DNA of 61,337 nt, filler included, from Chiloscyllium plagiosum (taxonomy: Eukaryota), in NCBI RefSeq assembly GCF_004010195.1. It is 5 parts of one record of this genome, joined end to end, with 100 filler letters (N's around TTAATTAATTAA, not from the genome) between each part and the next. Parts side by side here need not be neighbours in the genome. Positions count along the whole stretch, not along the records: positions 58,446 to 61,337 come from NC_057710.1; 4 more parts are not named here. One strand, 5' to 3'. How positions within the stretch are numbered: the first letter of the stretch is position 1; every line of letters begins with the position of its first letter. The position numbers and the translations under genes were made by a program. The notes below the pieces were generated by a model. That model ran no database searches, was not told the origin of the DNA, and saw nothing but the letters and a program-made list of their open reading frames with translations. Below, one piece after another: positions 60,587 to 61,337 of this stretch.

Positions 60587-60706
60587 ACCAGTATTGGACT
60601 GGGGTGGACTAGCTACCTGATGAAGGAGCGGTGCTCCAAAAGCTAGTACAGTACTTCCAAATAAGCCTGTTGGACTATAACCTGGTGTTGTGTGATTTTT
60701 AACTTT
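60587..60706. mobile_element. Family B mini-element with hammerhead motif and inverted head
   Basis: TAC-CTGATGA-A-GGAGC-GGT-GCTCC-AAAA-GCTA-GTA at 60614-60648; homologous to 47385-47587. Confidence 0.8.
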
Positions 60707-60885
60707 AAAAATATGTTAAGCATTATTGTACACAAGCTTGTTTTCAACTTTATTTTATTCTCCTGATTCAATTTAGGACAAAGATAGTTCTGCTCAGTGT
60801 AGCAGAGACCATTATGGTCTCTCACAGAGGCCACACTGCTGACTCTAATCTGGATTCCATCCTTATCTGCCACATGCACATGCAT

Positions 60886-61337
60886 ATTTTTTTTATTTCA
60901 AAAATATACTTTATTCATAAATATTGGATCTATACAATTGGACATGCCAGCCTTCTGTAAACATTCCATTTCTTTGTGTATTGAAACAGGGTAATCATTC
61001 CTATTCACAGGTTGGTGCGATTACATTGAGCTGAGGCGCCAGCGGAGCCCAAATGACTGCGTGGGCCCCCTGTTCTTCTTAGGCAGGCAGTTGTTAGACG
61101 GTGGTCTTTCCCCACCGCGCCTTGGTGGCAGCTGCCCCAAGCTTCAGCGCATCCCTCAACACGTAGTCCTGGACCTTGGAATGTGCCAGTCTGCAACACT
61201 CAGTCGGGGTCAACTCCTTCAGCTGGAAGATCAGCAGGTTTCGGACCACCCAGAGAGCGTCCTTCACCGAGTTGATGATCCTCCAGGCACAGTTGATGTT
61301 CGTCTCGGTGTGCGTCCCGCGGAACAGGCCGTAGAGC
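60886..61337 (-). mobile_element. Young Tx1-clade LINE 3' end with A-rich tail
   Basis: Minus frame LYGLFRGTHTETNINCAWRIINSVKDALWVVRNLLIFQ...; AATAAA followed by an A-rich tail at about 60886-60915. Confidence 0.85.

Overview
Repeat-dense eukaryotic DNA, inferred to be from an elasmobranch (probably a shark), because it carries HE1-type V-SINEs and HER1-like CR1 LINEs. It is scaffolded with four artificial 100-bp N/TTAATTAATTAA spacers. No host protein-coding gene could be identified with confidence. Almost every long ORF is a decayed retroelement fragment or its antisense shadow. Contents: many CR1-clade LINE fragments, a second CR1/L2-group LINE with a partner SINE, and Tx1-clade LINE fragments. 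There is also a 5.3-kb Gmr1-like Gypsy element with SCAN-like Gag, PR-IN-RT-RH domain order and a tRNA-Pro-like PBS, plus solo LTRs, a TA-flanked MITE and Penelope-like elements (RT and GIY-YIG). The most notable signal is three distinct families of Penelope terminal-repeat-derived mini-elements. Each carries a minimal hammerhead-ribozyme motif (CUGANGA-A-stem II-GAAA-palindromic stem III) and several form fold-back insertions with 10-18 bp target duplications, including a near-perfect 95-bp-arm palindrome at 26058-26248. A phase-compatible chain of candidate minus-strand micro/mini-exons is reported at low confidence. Family names come from recalled motifs, not database searches, and boundaries of old elements are approximate.
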